Notes under the pieces: model-generated
Database searches by the model: none
Seen by the model: the letters and a program-made list of their open reading frames with translations, nothing else
What the model was told of the DNA's origin: nothing
Program-made: the position numbers and the translations under genes
In this document: piece by piece, positions 54,738-63,862 of the stretch
Numbering within the stretch: position 1 is the first letter of the stretch
Layout: every line of letters begins with the position of its first letter
From: an uncultured delta proteobacterium
Lineage (GTDB): Bacteria; Myxococcota_A; UBA9160; UBA4427
DNA: 64,000 nt
Reading direction: 5' to 3'
Assembly: GCA_963822965.1 (NCBI GenBank)
Contig: CAWGJT010000005.1
Location: forward strand, 1,344,001-1,408,000

Positions 54738-55181
54738 GGGGGCGGCAGAAGTAATTGTCGTTGATCACACGTCGAGCGGATGGAAGTGCAGTTGCTCGCC
54801 GCTGACTCTCAGGAGCGGATCTAGCCACGGCGGCACTCCGCGATCGACATGAATCCCGCACTCGATGAAATCAGGGTTGCAGACTGGGAAGGACGCCTCG
54901 GCGTAGTGCGTACAGCCCTCCTCGACAGCGAAGCCTATCCGGGTCGCACTGCTCACGCTGTCGACCCCGCCGAAACGTAGGTGAGCTCTCCTGATTGGTC
55001 TCCAGAGCCAAGCACTACGATTCCCGGGTCGGTCGGCGGATCTTGCTCCAGGTGAACTGGTGCAACGTTGAGCAGCCAGAACAGGTGACCAGACCTGCTC
55101 AGAGTCATGTCGGCGAACGCTGCTAGCTCTTGGATAAGGCGAGGAACATCACACGCCGCCGCGGATGAGTGAGCGCGAGCC

Positions 55182-56360
55182 TCAGATTCGGCGGCTTCGC
55201 ACGCGTCGCGCGCCGAGGCCGGCCAGCGCCGCGGCCAGTACGCCGAGCGCCGCGGGCGCCAGCATCGGGACACCAGGCACAGGCGAGGCAAACTGGAGCG
55301 TCGAGACATAGATGTCCTCGTCAACCTCTCCAGGAATTCGCGTCGCATCGACGTAGGCCACCATGCCACCGTAGAGGTCGTTCAGATATTGGTATCCCGG
55401 GTCGAACGTGACCTGAAAGGTCTGCGAGGTATCGAGGCGGTGGACATAGACATCGAAGTTGCCTGTGATGGTGCCCTCCCAGGCGATGAGGCCGTCGTCC
55501 AGGCTCGGCAGTTGATTCGTCGCGCCGTCGTTGACGATCGTGCGGAACTCACCGGTGTGCCCGTTGTAGGCATCGATACGGGTGGGCACACCGAGGCGGG
55601 GCGCGACCTGCCAGGCAACCCAGTCACCGCTGGTCGAGGGAGATCTTTCGTCCATCCCGCCGGTGTTGGTCAGTGCGTATCGGGTGTTCGTCTCGAAATC
55701 GAAGACCTCGATATCGTAGTCCTCGAGCCCGGTCGGGCCGGCGCGTGACGCCCAGACGACGAAGCGGCTGCCGATCTGGACCTCGTAACTCGGCGGCAGC
55801 GGGCCGGCGAGCGATGTACTGACGTTTGTGTTGATGTTGTAGAGGATGACCTCGCTCGCGTTCGCATGGCCTTGCAACCAGACGACGTAGCTTCCGTAGA
55901 TCTCGGGGTCGCGCACCGAGCCGGCGTTGCCCAGGGATCGAAGCTGGCCGGAGGTGATGTTGTACAGCATGATCGAGCCAGTCGGGCTGGAGACATCGTC
56001 GTACGCGGCATAGACGATGTAGTTCCCGCTCACATCGTTGAGTCGATCGTCGGTCAGGCCGGAGGTGACTTGAACGGCTGCGCCGTCGGCGTGTCCATTG
56101 AGGAGCGGCTGGTACCAGATGTCACCCGGACCCGGGAAGCCGCTGCCGAGAACGTCCCACGCCGTGTACACGACCAGGTCGCGCGACCCGTCATTGCCCA
56201 ACGTCGGCGAGGTCTCATTGCTTGCAGACGTCGCGACCGGGTATTCCACCACCGTCAAGCTGGTCTGGGCCCCGGCGATGCCGAAAGGCAGAAGCCCGGC
56301 GGTCGCCATGGTGAAGACAAGCAGAAGATTTCCCGGTCTATGTCGGTATGCACGTTTCAT
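55182..56360 (-). CDS. Secreted beta-propeller-like repeat protein with C-terminal sorting tail
   Basis: Signal peptide; repeated P.I.G..VVW units; VPMLAPAALGVLAAALAGLGARRVRSRR tail. Confidence 0.7.
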   Translation of the reverse strand: MKRAYRHRPGNLLLVFTMATAGLLPFGIAGAQTSLTVVEYPVATSASNETSPTLGNDGSRDLVVYTAWDVLGSGFPGPGDIWYQPLLNGHADGAAVQVTSGLTDDRLNDVSGNYIVYAAYDDVSSPTGSIMLYNITSGQLRSLGNAGSVRDPEIYGSYVVWLQGHANASEVILYNINTNVSTSLAGPLPPSYEVQIGSRFVVWASRAGPTGLEDYDIEVFDFETNTRYALTNTGGMDERSPSTSGDWVAWQVAPRLGVPTRIDAYNGHTGEFRTIVNDGATNQLPSLDDGLIAWEGTITGNFDVYVHRLDTSQTFQVTFDPGYQYLNDLYGGMVAYVDATRIPGEVDEDIYVSTLQFASPVPGVPMLAPAALGVLAAALAGLGARRVRSRRI

Positions 56361-56579
56361 GACTGCCTCCTTTCATCCCTTCATGAATGCTGGTTTCACC
56401 TCTTGAAATGAATCAGCACAATGCATGTGGCCATGATTTGGATGAGGATAAGCATCATAAGGGGATGGCGTCTGCGAGCGACGACGTAGATCCCCGAGAA
56501 CACGAAGGTTGGTGCCTCCCGGCCCCGTTGGACATCCTCGAGTTGGGACAACGACAACCCCCAACGAGAGGAGGCACCG

Positions 56580-57695
56580 ATGGAACGCTACATCGGGATG
56601 GACGTTCACGCCGCGAGCTGCACGCTGGCCGTGATCTCCGAAAGGGGACGCAAGCTCAAGGACTTCCCGGTCGAGACCAACGGCCAGGCGCTGGTCGAAG
56701 CGGTCCGGATGATCCCGGGGCACAAGCACCTGATCTTCGAGGAGGGACTGCAGAGCGCCTGGCTGTACGAGACGCTGAGCCCACACGTCGACGAGCTGGT
56801 GGTGGCCGGGATCACCGAGAGCCGGGGAGCGAAGAGCGACAAGCGCGACGCCTACGCGCTGGCCGAGAAGCTGCGGGTCGGCAACCTCGAGAAGTGTGTC
56901 TTCAAGGCGCCTCGGCAATTCACCCGCCTTCGCGAGCTCTCGCGCATCCACATGACGCTGGTCACAGACGTCGTGCGGGCACAGTCGAGGCTCAAGAGCT
57001 TGTACCGCGCTCGCGGCGTTCCCGTCTCGGGCGAGAACGTGTATGGGATGCGTCATCGCGAAGCGTGGCAGGCTCAACTGCCGGCCAGCGCGCAGGTGAG
57101 AGCGACGCGGCTGTATGCACACTTCGACTTCCTGCTCGCGCAGAAGGTCGAGGCGGAGGCCGACCTTCTTCGCGAGGCGAAGAAGCACCCGATCGTCGGC
57201 ATCCTCGAGACGGCACCGGGCTTCGGGCCGATCCGCGCCGCTCGGTTGGTCCCCATCGTCGTGACACCGCATCGCTTTCGGACGCGGCGGCAGTTCTGGA
57301 GCTACTGCGGCCTGGGGATCGCGGGGCAGCTGCGCTGCCCAAGCGCTTGCGACGCTCTGCGTCGCCGCGTGACGCGATCGAGTTCGGACTGGCTCCAGAC
57401 GGCCGATGGAACGTGGATCAAGGCGCGGGTTCCCCAGACGAGAGGTCTGTCGCGGCAGCACAACCGAGCCTTGAAGCACATCTTCAAGGGCGCCGCGACG
57501 ACGGTGATCACGCAGCGCAACAAGGATCCGATCTATGCGCGCTACCAGCGGCTCGTCGACGGCGGCACGAAGCCGACGCTCGCGAAGCTGAGCCTGGCAC
57601 GCATGATCGCAGCCACCGTGCTGCGGATGTGGAAGGACGAGGAGGAGTACGACCCCGGGCGAGCTGGCCAGCCCGCCGAGATACGCGAAGGCTAG
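56580..57695 (+). CDS. IS110 DEDD recombinase with a 16-aa insertion
   Basis: YIGMDVH, FEEG, KSDKRDA, PGFGPI, SYCGLG. Confidence 0.92.
   Translation: MERYIGMDVHAASCTLAVISERGRKLKDFPVETNGQALVEAVRMIPGHKHLIFEEGLQSAWLYETLSPHVDELVVAGITESRGAKSDKRDAYALAEKLRVGNLEKCVFKAPRQFTRLRELSRIHMTLVTDVVRAQSRLKSLYRARGVPVSGENVYGMRHREAWQAQLPASAQVRATRLYAHFDFLLAQKVEAEADLLREAKKHPIVGILETAPGFGPIRAARLVPIVVTPHRFRTRRQFWSYCGLGIAGQLRCPSACDALRRRVTRSSSDWLQTADGTWIKARVPQTRGLSRQHNRALKHIFKGAATTVITQRNKDPIYARYQRLVDGGTKPTLAKLSLARMIAATVLRMWKDEEEYDPGRAGQPAEIREG
57321..57368 (+). repeat. 48-bp double-hairpin insertion (in frame)
   Basis: GCGG-GGCAGC-tgc-GCTGCC-C-AAGCGCTT-GCGACGC-tct-GCGTCGC-CGC. Confidence 0.85.
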
Positions 57696-57807
57696 GCAAG
57701 GACTCGGCCCGGGGAATCGTCGAGAGGACAACCACTTCATCACGCAGCGGCGAAACGTGTTCGCATGCCACGCTCGGCGTGGCCGCGGAGGTGAGCATCC
57801 CTGTTCG

Positions 57808-58139
57808 TCCTGGCCCCCGGCCCAGCGCCTCAAGGTCCGACGGATAAGCTATGCCCCTCCGAAGAACCCAACGAAGCGATGGCCGATCGAGGCCCAGATG
57901 GAAGGATGGTTCCCACGTTGCCGTGGAGAGCACAACCGCCAACGAATCGCGCTGCGATCGGCTTGCCCGCGAACCGGGTCTTCGGACCGAGTCACTCGTA
58001 GAAGCTCCGCCGCCGCTCCGGTGGAGCCACGAGCACCATCTCTCAACTCGAGAGCGCCCAGCCAGAACGGGAGCAGACGCCCGGATCGAAGAATCTGCGG
58101 CGATGGGGAAAGTGCGTCTTGCGCTCCGACCCTATGGAA
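57808..58139 (+). ncRNA. Putative bridge/seek RNA region of the IS110
   Basis: Long 3' non-coding end retained in both deleted copies; function inferred from IS1111-family biology. Confidence 0.5.
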
Positions 58140-58173
58140 GGACGAACAAGCCGCGTTCCTGGCGAAGGTCCGG
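58140..58173 (-). repeat. Mini-element remnant right of IS110
   Basis: GGACGAACAAGCCGCGTTCCTGGCGAAGGTCCGG. Confidence 0.8.
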
Positions 58174-58409
58174 ACGACGATCGCGGCCACGGCCTTGGAG
58201 CTGGACGAGACGTCTCCGGTGAGCCGATAGCTTCCCGACTGGCTCAGGGTCACCGGAAAGTCGGGCGCGTCGCCGGGGGTGATGCCACCAGCCTGCACCG
58301 CCGCCTGATTGATCTCGACGACGCCGTCGACGGCCCGCGCCGGGCCCGCACACGCCAGAACGAAGGTCATGATCACGGGCCAGGTGGCCCTGTTGTTGCG
58401 GGAACCCAT
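58174..58409 (-). pseudogene. N-terminal fragment of a secreted protein
   Basis: Signal peptide, DGVVEINQ...PGDAPDFPVTLSQSGSYRLT; cut at the repeat remnant. Confidence 0.65.
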
Positions 58410-58759
58410 CGAGCGTCTCTTCTCTCGATCCTCGATCCTTGACCACCGCTCATCGGCATCGACGACGGCCCTTCAATCTATTACAGGGAGAGTCCCGTCG
58501 ACCCTGAGCCGGCCCCGTTTCCACCCCGGTCGGACGCCCATCTCCTCCAAGAGCCTTCCCGCGATGCGGCCACCTCGTCGGATGCGCCCCGAGCGCGCCG
58601 GCCGATTGGCGCGCGGGGCCCGGGAACCAGTGGGGGGTCGAACGCTTGGCCTCGTTCCTGCCGCATCCTCGCGCACTCCCGAACTTTGCAGCTGCGGGTC
58701 GACGGAGGAGCTCGAGCCGTTGGCGCCATGCAAGGCCACTTGGGACGGGCGCGGTCTGG

Positions 58760-58925
58760 CGATCCACGTCGAGTATCTCTCCGGGCCCGACTTCGAGAAG
58801 ACGCGCATCGGGGCGGACGCCGTGGTGCTGGCCGCGTCGGCCATCGAGGGTGCACGCATTGCCTTTCTGTGCAGCGGGTAGGCGCACCCCGATGGCCTCG
58901 GCAATCGCAGCGGGCACGTCCCGCG
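58760..58925 (+). pseudogene. GMC oxidoreductase fragment
   Basis: ADAVVLAASAIEGARI...*..PDGLGNRSGHV with internal stop. Confidence 0.55.
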
Positions 58926-59057
58926 GCTCGCGTGCAAGCGGGGGTAAAGCCGCACCGCCTGTCCGTCCGATGAACGGACATTCCATCAACCGGCCTCCCG
59001 GTCACAACGGGCGGTCGCAACGGGGCATCTTCGCTGGACCGGCGGGAAGGGAGCGAC

Positions 59058-59561
59058 ATGCGGCACTCCGTCAACTTCGACCCGAACACCAATGTGGCGA
59101 CGCTCGGGGGTCGAGCGCTCGTCTTCCACTGTCACCACTACAACTCCATCCTGCAGAAGACGATCGAGCAGGGCCTCGGCGAGGAGGCGAGCCACTTGCT
59201 GACCGTCGCCGCCCAGGAGGCCGTTCGACCCCAGCTGGCGGCGCTCTCGCGCCCGGGCGACCGCGATGGAGTGCTCGAAACGGCAGCGAGCGTCTTCAGC
59301 GAGCTGGGATTCGGGCGGCTCGACTTCACCGCCCTCACCGGGTGCGGCGGAACCGTCACCGCCCCCTCCTCCCACTACGCCCTCAGCTGGCTCGCCAAGT
59401 TCGGCGAACGCATGACGCCTGCGTGTCAATTCACGGCGGGCTTCATCGCAGCCGCGGCGAGCGTGGCGTTCGACCTGGAGCCGGAGCGCGTCCGCGTGCG
59501 CGAGTCGGACTGCCAGGCGCAGGGCAGCACTGCCTGTCACTTCGACGTCGAGGTTCTCTAG
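59058..59561 (+). CDS. V4R (4-vinyl reductase) domain protein
   Basis: FHCHHYN, LGFGRL, C.F.AGFI, ESDCQAQGSTACHF. Confidence 0.78.
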   Translation: MRHSVNFDPNTNVATLGGRALVFHCHHYNSILQKTIEQGLGEEASHLLTVAAQEAVRPQLAALSRPGDRDGVLETAASVFSELGFGRLDFTALTGCGGTVTAPSSHYALSWLAKFGERMTPACQFTAGFIAAAASVAFDLEPERVRVRESDCQAQGSTACHFDVEVL

Positions 59562-60221
59562 ATGGCAATCGACAACAGCACCATCGTAAGGGCGGTCTCC
59601 AGCCTGGAAATCGTGGGCAACGAAGACGGCCTGATTCCCGCCTTCGGCCTGTATCTCACGCGCCACTACGCCGACTACTACAACCGCATCTCCTTCGCAT
59701 TCCTGCATGCCATGGAGCGCCGCGGTCCCGAGCAGGCAGCGAGGGCTCGGGCGGACCTGATCGAAACCGGTCACGTATGCGGCTTCAATACCATGGGCGG
59801 CATCATGCTCTCCGACGAATGGGAAGCGGTCGTCGAGCCCATGATCGAGACGCGCCAGGATTGGATCTGCGGGATCGTGGGCGTCATCAACGCCCTGGGC
59901 TGGGGAGAATGGAGGATCGACCACCTGCACGACCACGAGCTGAAGGTCAGCTGCGCCAACAGCTACGAGTCGGATGGCTATCTGCGCGACTACCCGGAGC
60001 GTTCTGCCGGGGGCGTGTGCTTCCTGGCGACCGGGGTGGTCTCGTCGCTGATGAACCTGATCTTCCATGGGGACATCACCACGCGCCCCGCTCGTACCGA
60101 GGACTATTACAAGCAGCTCTTTCACGAGGGTGACGATCGCTTCGTCGCGGTCGAGACGACGTGCCGAGCCCACGGCGCTCCGCGCTGTGAGTGGGCCGCG
60201 AGACGAGCCGGCTCGCGGTGA
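59562..60221 (+). CDS. Second V4R-like domain protein
   Basis: GHVCGFNTMGGIM, LGWGEW, ETTCRAHGAPRCEW. Confidence 0.7.
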   Translation: MAIDNSTIVRAVSSLEIVGNEDGLIPAFGLYLTRHYADYYNRISFAFLHAMERRGPEQAARARADLIETGHVCGFNTMGGIMLSDEWEAVVEPMIETRQDWICGIVGVINALGWGEWRIDHLHDHELKVSCANSYESDGYLRDYPERSAGGVCFLATGVVSSLMNLIFHGDITTRPARTEDYYKQLFHEGDDRFVAVETTCRAHGAPRCEWAARRAGSR

Positions 60222-60523
60222 GAAAGAACGTGAGCCGGCTGGCCGCTGCGAAGCTCCGGGATTGCCTCGGAGGGGACGCGATCGTCGAGGTCACGTTGCC
60301 GCGTGGACTGCAGGCGTCGGACATCGAGCGGATCGAGGGGGCGGCCACGCGGATCGTTCTCGCCGACCTGCCCCGGCCCTTCTTCCGCGTCGACGTTCCC
60401 GGCCGATACCTGATCACGGGAATCCTGTCGGAGGCGAGGGTTCGATTCACGGTCCGTCGCGCGCTGAGCGATTGCGCCGAGCGCGTCGCCCTCGATGGTG
60501 CCCGAGAGATGATGGGCTCGTGA
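60218..60523 (+). CDS. Hypothetical protein
   Basis: GTGA overlaps with both neighbours. Confidence 0.55.
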   Translation: MRKNVSRLAAAKLRDCLGGDAIVEVTLPRGLQASDIERIEGAATRIVLADLPRPFFRVDVPGRYLITGILSEARVRFTVRRALSDCAERVALDGAREMMGS

Positions 60524-61617
60524 TATACCTGGACCATGCGGCGACTTCCCTCCCGCGCCGGGTCGAGTCCGTTCGAGCCGCGGTCGAAGCCTCGTCGTGG
60601 GCCAATCCCGGGCGTGGCACGCACGGACCACAGTCTCAGAGCAGCGACCGGGTGGAGGACGCGCGCGCCGTGCTGGCCGAGCTCGTCGGCTTCGGCGAAA
60701 TCTGCTTCACGTCCGGGGCGACTGCGGCCCTCAATCAAGCGATCCTGGGCTGGGATCCGTCTCCCGCGTGCATCGCGATCGGATCCATGGTCCACAATGC
60801 AGTGCGCCGCCCCGCGCACCACTGCGCGGCCGAGGTGTGGACCCTGCCCCATGACCGGGACGGACTCGTCGACGTGGCGGAGACACGGCGCCGGTGGCGC
60901 GACGGCACGGCTCTGGTGGTCGTCGACGACGCATCCAACGTGACTGGCCTGCGCCAGCCGGTCGCCGACCTGGTGGAGGTCGCCCACGACCGCGGAGCGG
61001 GCGTGGTGGTCGACTGTGCGCAGACCGCCGGCGTGGTCATGCCGCTCGCAGTGGGCGAGGCCGACGCGGTGGCCTTCTCGGCCCACAAGGGACTGCGTGC
61101 CCTGCCGGGCTGCGGCGTGCTCGCCGTACGGCCTTCTCTCTCGCTCGTGCCTCGCGTGCACGGCGGAACCGGCGAAGACGCGATCGACGAGGCGATGCCT
61201 GCCGAGCTGCCTCGCAGACTCGAGGCAGGCACGCTGAACCTTCCTGGAATAGCGGCGCTCGGCGCGGCCGCCGCGACGGCCCGGCGCGATTCCTGGGACT
61301 GGCGCGGGATGGCGACGCACCTACGAGAGGCCGTTGTCGCGGGCGGAGGCCGGCTCGTGGGCAGAGGCGAGCTCCCCATCGTGAGCTTCGTCCTCGACGG
61401 AATTTCCGCGGTCGAGGTCGAAGAGATGCTGGATCGCGCGTTCGGCATCACCTGCCGCGCTGGACTGCACTGCGCCCCGGCCGCCCACTCGGTTCTGGGC
61501 ACGCTGGACGGGGGTGCGGTGCGCGTCTCGGCCGGAGCCACGACGACGTGTGACGACTTGAAGCAGCTCGAGGTCGCGCTGAGGCGGACCACCGCCGCCC
61601 GGGTGAGCTACGGCTGA
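60520..61617 (+). CDS. Class V aminotransferase (cysteine desulfurase-like)
   Basis: IYLDHAATS, FTSGAT, DCAQTAG, FSAHK, EAGTLN, RAGLHCAP. Confidence 0.9.
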   Translation: MIYLDHAATSLPRRVESVRAAVEASSWANPGRGTHGPQSQSSDRVEDARAVLAELVGFGEICFTSGATAALNQAILGWDPSPACIAIGSMVHNAVRRPAHHCAAEVWTLPHDRDGLVDVAETRRRWRDGTALVVVDDASNVTGLRQPVADLVEVAHDRGAGVVVDCAQTAGVVMPLAVGEADAVAFSAHKGLRALPGCGVLAVRPSLSLVPRVHGGTGEDAIDEAMPAELPRRLEAGTLNLPGIAALGAAAATARRDSWDWRGMATHLREAVVAGGGRLVGRGELPIVSFVLDGISAVEVEEMLDRAFGITCRAGLHCAPAAHSVLGTLDGGAVRVSAGATTTCDDLKQLEVALRRTTAARVSYG

Positions 61618-61640
61618 AACGTGGAGAAGAGGAAGGAACC

Positions 61641-61952
61641 ATGTTGCGCTACACCGATGAGGGGAACATCTCTGCCGACGACACGATCCGGAAGGCCTTC
61701 TCGAGGTTTGCCTCCGCCGCCGATTCGACGTGCGTGATCGAGCTCGCTCCCAGCGTCTCCCCCTCTCGCGATCTCGTACCCGTCATCGTCGAAGGTCTGC
61801 GGTCCAGCGCCAACGTCAAGCGGCTCGGCGTCGTGCACCGGAGCCCCCTTCTCGGCTTCCTCACGTCGGCGGTCGTGCTCCAGACACCGGGGGTGGAGGT
61901 TCGCGCGTTTTCAGACGTCCAGGCAGCCGAAGAGTTCTGGCCCGACGCCTGA
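61641..61952 (+). CDS. Small SpoIIAA/STAS-like protein
   Basis: GGAAGGA RBS; KRLGVV...VRAFSDVQAAEEF tail. Confidence 0.5.
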   Translation: MLRYTDEGNISADDTIRKAFSRFASAADSTCVIELAPSVSPSRDLVPVIVEGLRSSANVKRLGVVHRSPLLGFLTSAVVLQTPGVEVRAFSDVQAAEEFWPDA

Positions 61953-62446
61953 GGGGAGCCCGGTCAGGATTGCGCTGGCCGCTCGAGTCACCTGCCGACG
62001 AACTTTCTCTGCGCTTCGATCTGATCGGCTGCCGCGAGCAGGAGGTCTGCGATTCGGTAACCGGCCAGGATGATGCGCCAACCGTGGCGGAGACGCCGAC
62101 GCACATCGCGAGTCGCAGGCAGTCCATTGCGCGAGTCGACAGCGAGAGGCCGGTCGCCATCCAGCTCGCGAACAGCAGCGGACAGGCCAGCCCGAAGCGC
62201 AGCGGAAGCGAGATGCGGTAGACCTCGGGCGGAAAGCTGCGCAGGTCCCAGAGGCCGGAGAACCCGAACAGGTGAGCCCGACGAACATGCCCGCCCGCAG
62301 GCGCGGCAGCCCCTCCTCGAGGTAGTCGAGGCGAAAGGCCGCCTCCAGGGTGGTGGGGAACGCGCCGCGCCCGCCTGCACGACGGCCACCCCGGGGTGTC
62401 GACGCGCAGCTGACGCGCAGTCGGCGCGCAGCGTAGAATGTGACGC

Positions 62447-63862
62447 GTGTCGCAGGCGGAGCGGGCAGCGGAGATCCGACCGGCGGAGTCGGATCCGGAG
62501 GGACGGCTGCCGGCCGTCGCCAAGGCCGTCTTCGCCACCGGCGACCTGGCCAACAACCTCGCGCTCTCGTCGCTTTCCCTGGTCTACCTCTTCTTCCTCA
62601 CCGACGTGGCGGGGCTGCGTCCCGAGCTGGCCGGCGGCGTCGTCTGGATCGCGCGCATCGTCGACGGCATCACCGACCCGGCCATGGGTCGCATCACCGA
62701 CCGGACCCGCACTCGCTGGGGCCGCCGGCGTCCCTATCTGGTGGCGGGCGCCCTGCCCTTCGGGCTCTTCTTCGGAATGCTCTGGGCGACGCCCTTCGAC
62801 GGCCAGACCGCCATGTTCGTCTACTACGCCAGCGTCTACATCGGGCTGTCCCTGGCCGCGACGGTGCTGTGCGTGCCGTACATGGCGCTGATTCCTGAGA
62901 TGGCTCGCGACTACGACGAGCGTACGTCGCTCAACACCTGGCGCACCGCCGCGGCCATGACGGGGGTCGTTCTCGCGGCGGGCCTTCAGCCGGCCGCCCG
63001 GGCCCTGGGCGGAGGCGCCGCGGCCTGGTCGACCGCCGGCGCGATCATGGCGTTCGTGATGGTCCTGCCCTGGATCCCGGTCGCGGCGGTCAGCCGGGAG
63101 CGCGCCATCACGCACGAGGCGGTCCGGGTCTCGTTGCGGCACGATCTGCTCGACCTGCTGGGTCACCTGCACTACCGGAGGCTGTCCGCGCTGTACATCG
63201 CGTCGCGCGTGGCCCTCGACGTGGCCGGCGCCTCTCTGCTCTACTTCATGACCTACGCCATCGGTCGCCCCCAGGACTTCTTTCCGGCGATCGTTTGTCT
63301 GATGCTCGCTGCCTCCGCCTCGCTGCCCGTCTGGATGACTATCGCGCGGCGACGGGAGAAGCACGACATCTTCGTCGTCGGCACCACCTGGTGGGTGGCG
63401 TGGCTCGTGGTGATCGCCTTCGCCACCCCGGAGTGGCCCCGCTGGCTGCTCTTCGTCATCACGGGCGCAGTGGGCGCCGGCTATGCGGTGGCCGACCTGA
63501 TGCCGTGGGCGATGGTGGGCGAGGTGATCGACGAGGACGAGCTGCGCAGCGGCCAGCGCCGGGAGGGACTGTACAACGGGACCTTCACGTTCCTGCGCAA
63601 GTTGGGGGGGGCCACGGCGATCCTGTTGGCCGGCTTCCTGCTGGCTGTGGCCGGCTACGTGCCGCGAGCGCCGGACCAGCCGGAGAGCGCGCTCCTGGCC
63701 ATCCGGATGCTGACCGCCCTGGTGCCCGGCCTCTGCCTGCTCGCCGCGATCGGTCTCGCCTGGCGCTACCCGCTGGGCCGCCGGCGCCACGACGAGATCC
63801 TGGCGGCGTTGCGCGAGCGCGAGGCGCGCGCCTCGTGTCCTGAGTCCGAATTCGCCAGTTGA
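62447..63862 (+). CDS. MFS transporter, glycoside-pentoside-hexuronide family
   Basis: DGITDPAMG.ITDRTRTRWGRRRPY, PYMALIPEM..DYDERT, GQRREG. Confidence 0.92.
   Translation: MSQAERAAEIRPAESDPEGRLPAVAKAVFATGDLANNLALSSLSLVYLFFLTDVAGLRPELAGGVVWIARIVDGITDPAMGRITDRTRTRWGRRRPYLVAGALPFGLFFGMLWATPFDGQTAMFVYYASVYIGLSLAATVLCVPYMALIPEMARDYDERTSLNTWRTAAAMTGVVLAAGLQPAARALGGGAAAWSTAGAIMAFVMVLPWIPVAAVSRERAITHEAVRVSLRHDLLDLLGHLHYRRLSALYIASRVALDVAGASLLYFMTYAIGRPQDFFPAIVCLMLAASASLPVWMTIARRREKHDIFVVGTTWWVAWLVVIAFATPEWPRWLLFVITGAVGAGYAVADLMPWAMVGEVIDEDELRSGQRREGLYNGTFTFLRKLGGATAILLAGFLLAVAGYVPRAPDQPESALLAIRMLTALVPGLCLLAAIGLAWRYPLGRRRHDEILAALREREARASCPESEFAS

Larger units (their letters stand above)
56451..58139 (+). 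mobile_element. Full-length IS110-family (IS1111-type) element with 444-bp 3' non-coding end
   Basis: Ends defined by alignment of 4 copies; subterminal CATAAGGG / CCCTATG. Confidence 0.9.

Noticed and set aside
4445..58173. Repeats as a CRISPR array or integron attC cassette array
   Set aside because: Irregular spacing, mixed orientation, no cas or intI gene, no GTTRRRY/RYYYAAC ends, and genes are cut rather than enclosed.
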